Source: Octopus vulgaris (taxonomy: Eukaryota). From it: DNA of 64,000 nt. The position numbers and the translations under genes were made by a program. The notes under the pieces were generated by a model. That model was given only the letters and a program-made list of their open reading frames with translations, had not been told where the DNA came from and ran no database searches. The DNA is taken from positions 111,104,001-111,168,000 of the forward strand of contig OX597817.1 of assembly GCA_951406725.2 (NCBI GenBank), given 5' to 3'. The first letter of the stretch is position 1, and every line of letters begins with the position of its first letter. This document shows positions 63,953 through 64,000 of the stretch, one piece after another.

Positions 63953-64000
63953 TCTGGGCATGTGTGTGTGTGCATACACATGCACATACACACACATGCA

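Overview
AT-rich, strongly CpG-depleted eukaryotic DNA. The SINE, microsatellite and LINE repertoire points to a coleoid cephalopod, most likely Octopus (recognised from memory, not by database search). No intact cellular protein-coding gene, rRNA, tRNA gene or CRISPR array is supportable, and the window reads as a large intron or intergenic repeat graveyard. It contains: a decayed Ty3/Gypsy LTR element (38470-41918) nested in a hAT remnant; DD37D maT and mariner transposase relics; RTE, CR1 and R4/Dong LINE fragments; several tRNA-derived SINE families; and MITEs. The most notable signals are RNA-level. First, a Penelope-like inverted repeat carries two minimal hammerhead ribozymes with a U3-A8 core covariation. 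Second, a tandem pair of type I hammerheads 337 nt apart has a retrozyme-like layout. Two further hammerhead-like motifs from unrelated families are also present, along with a textbook recursive-splice-site/RS-exon motif at 55904-55976 and a patchwork of locally templated duplications at 11010-11389. All calls were made by eye and repeat boundaries are approximate.
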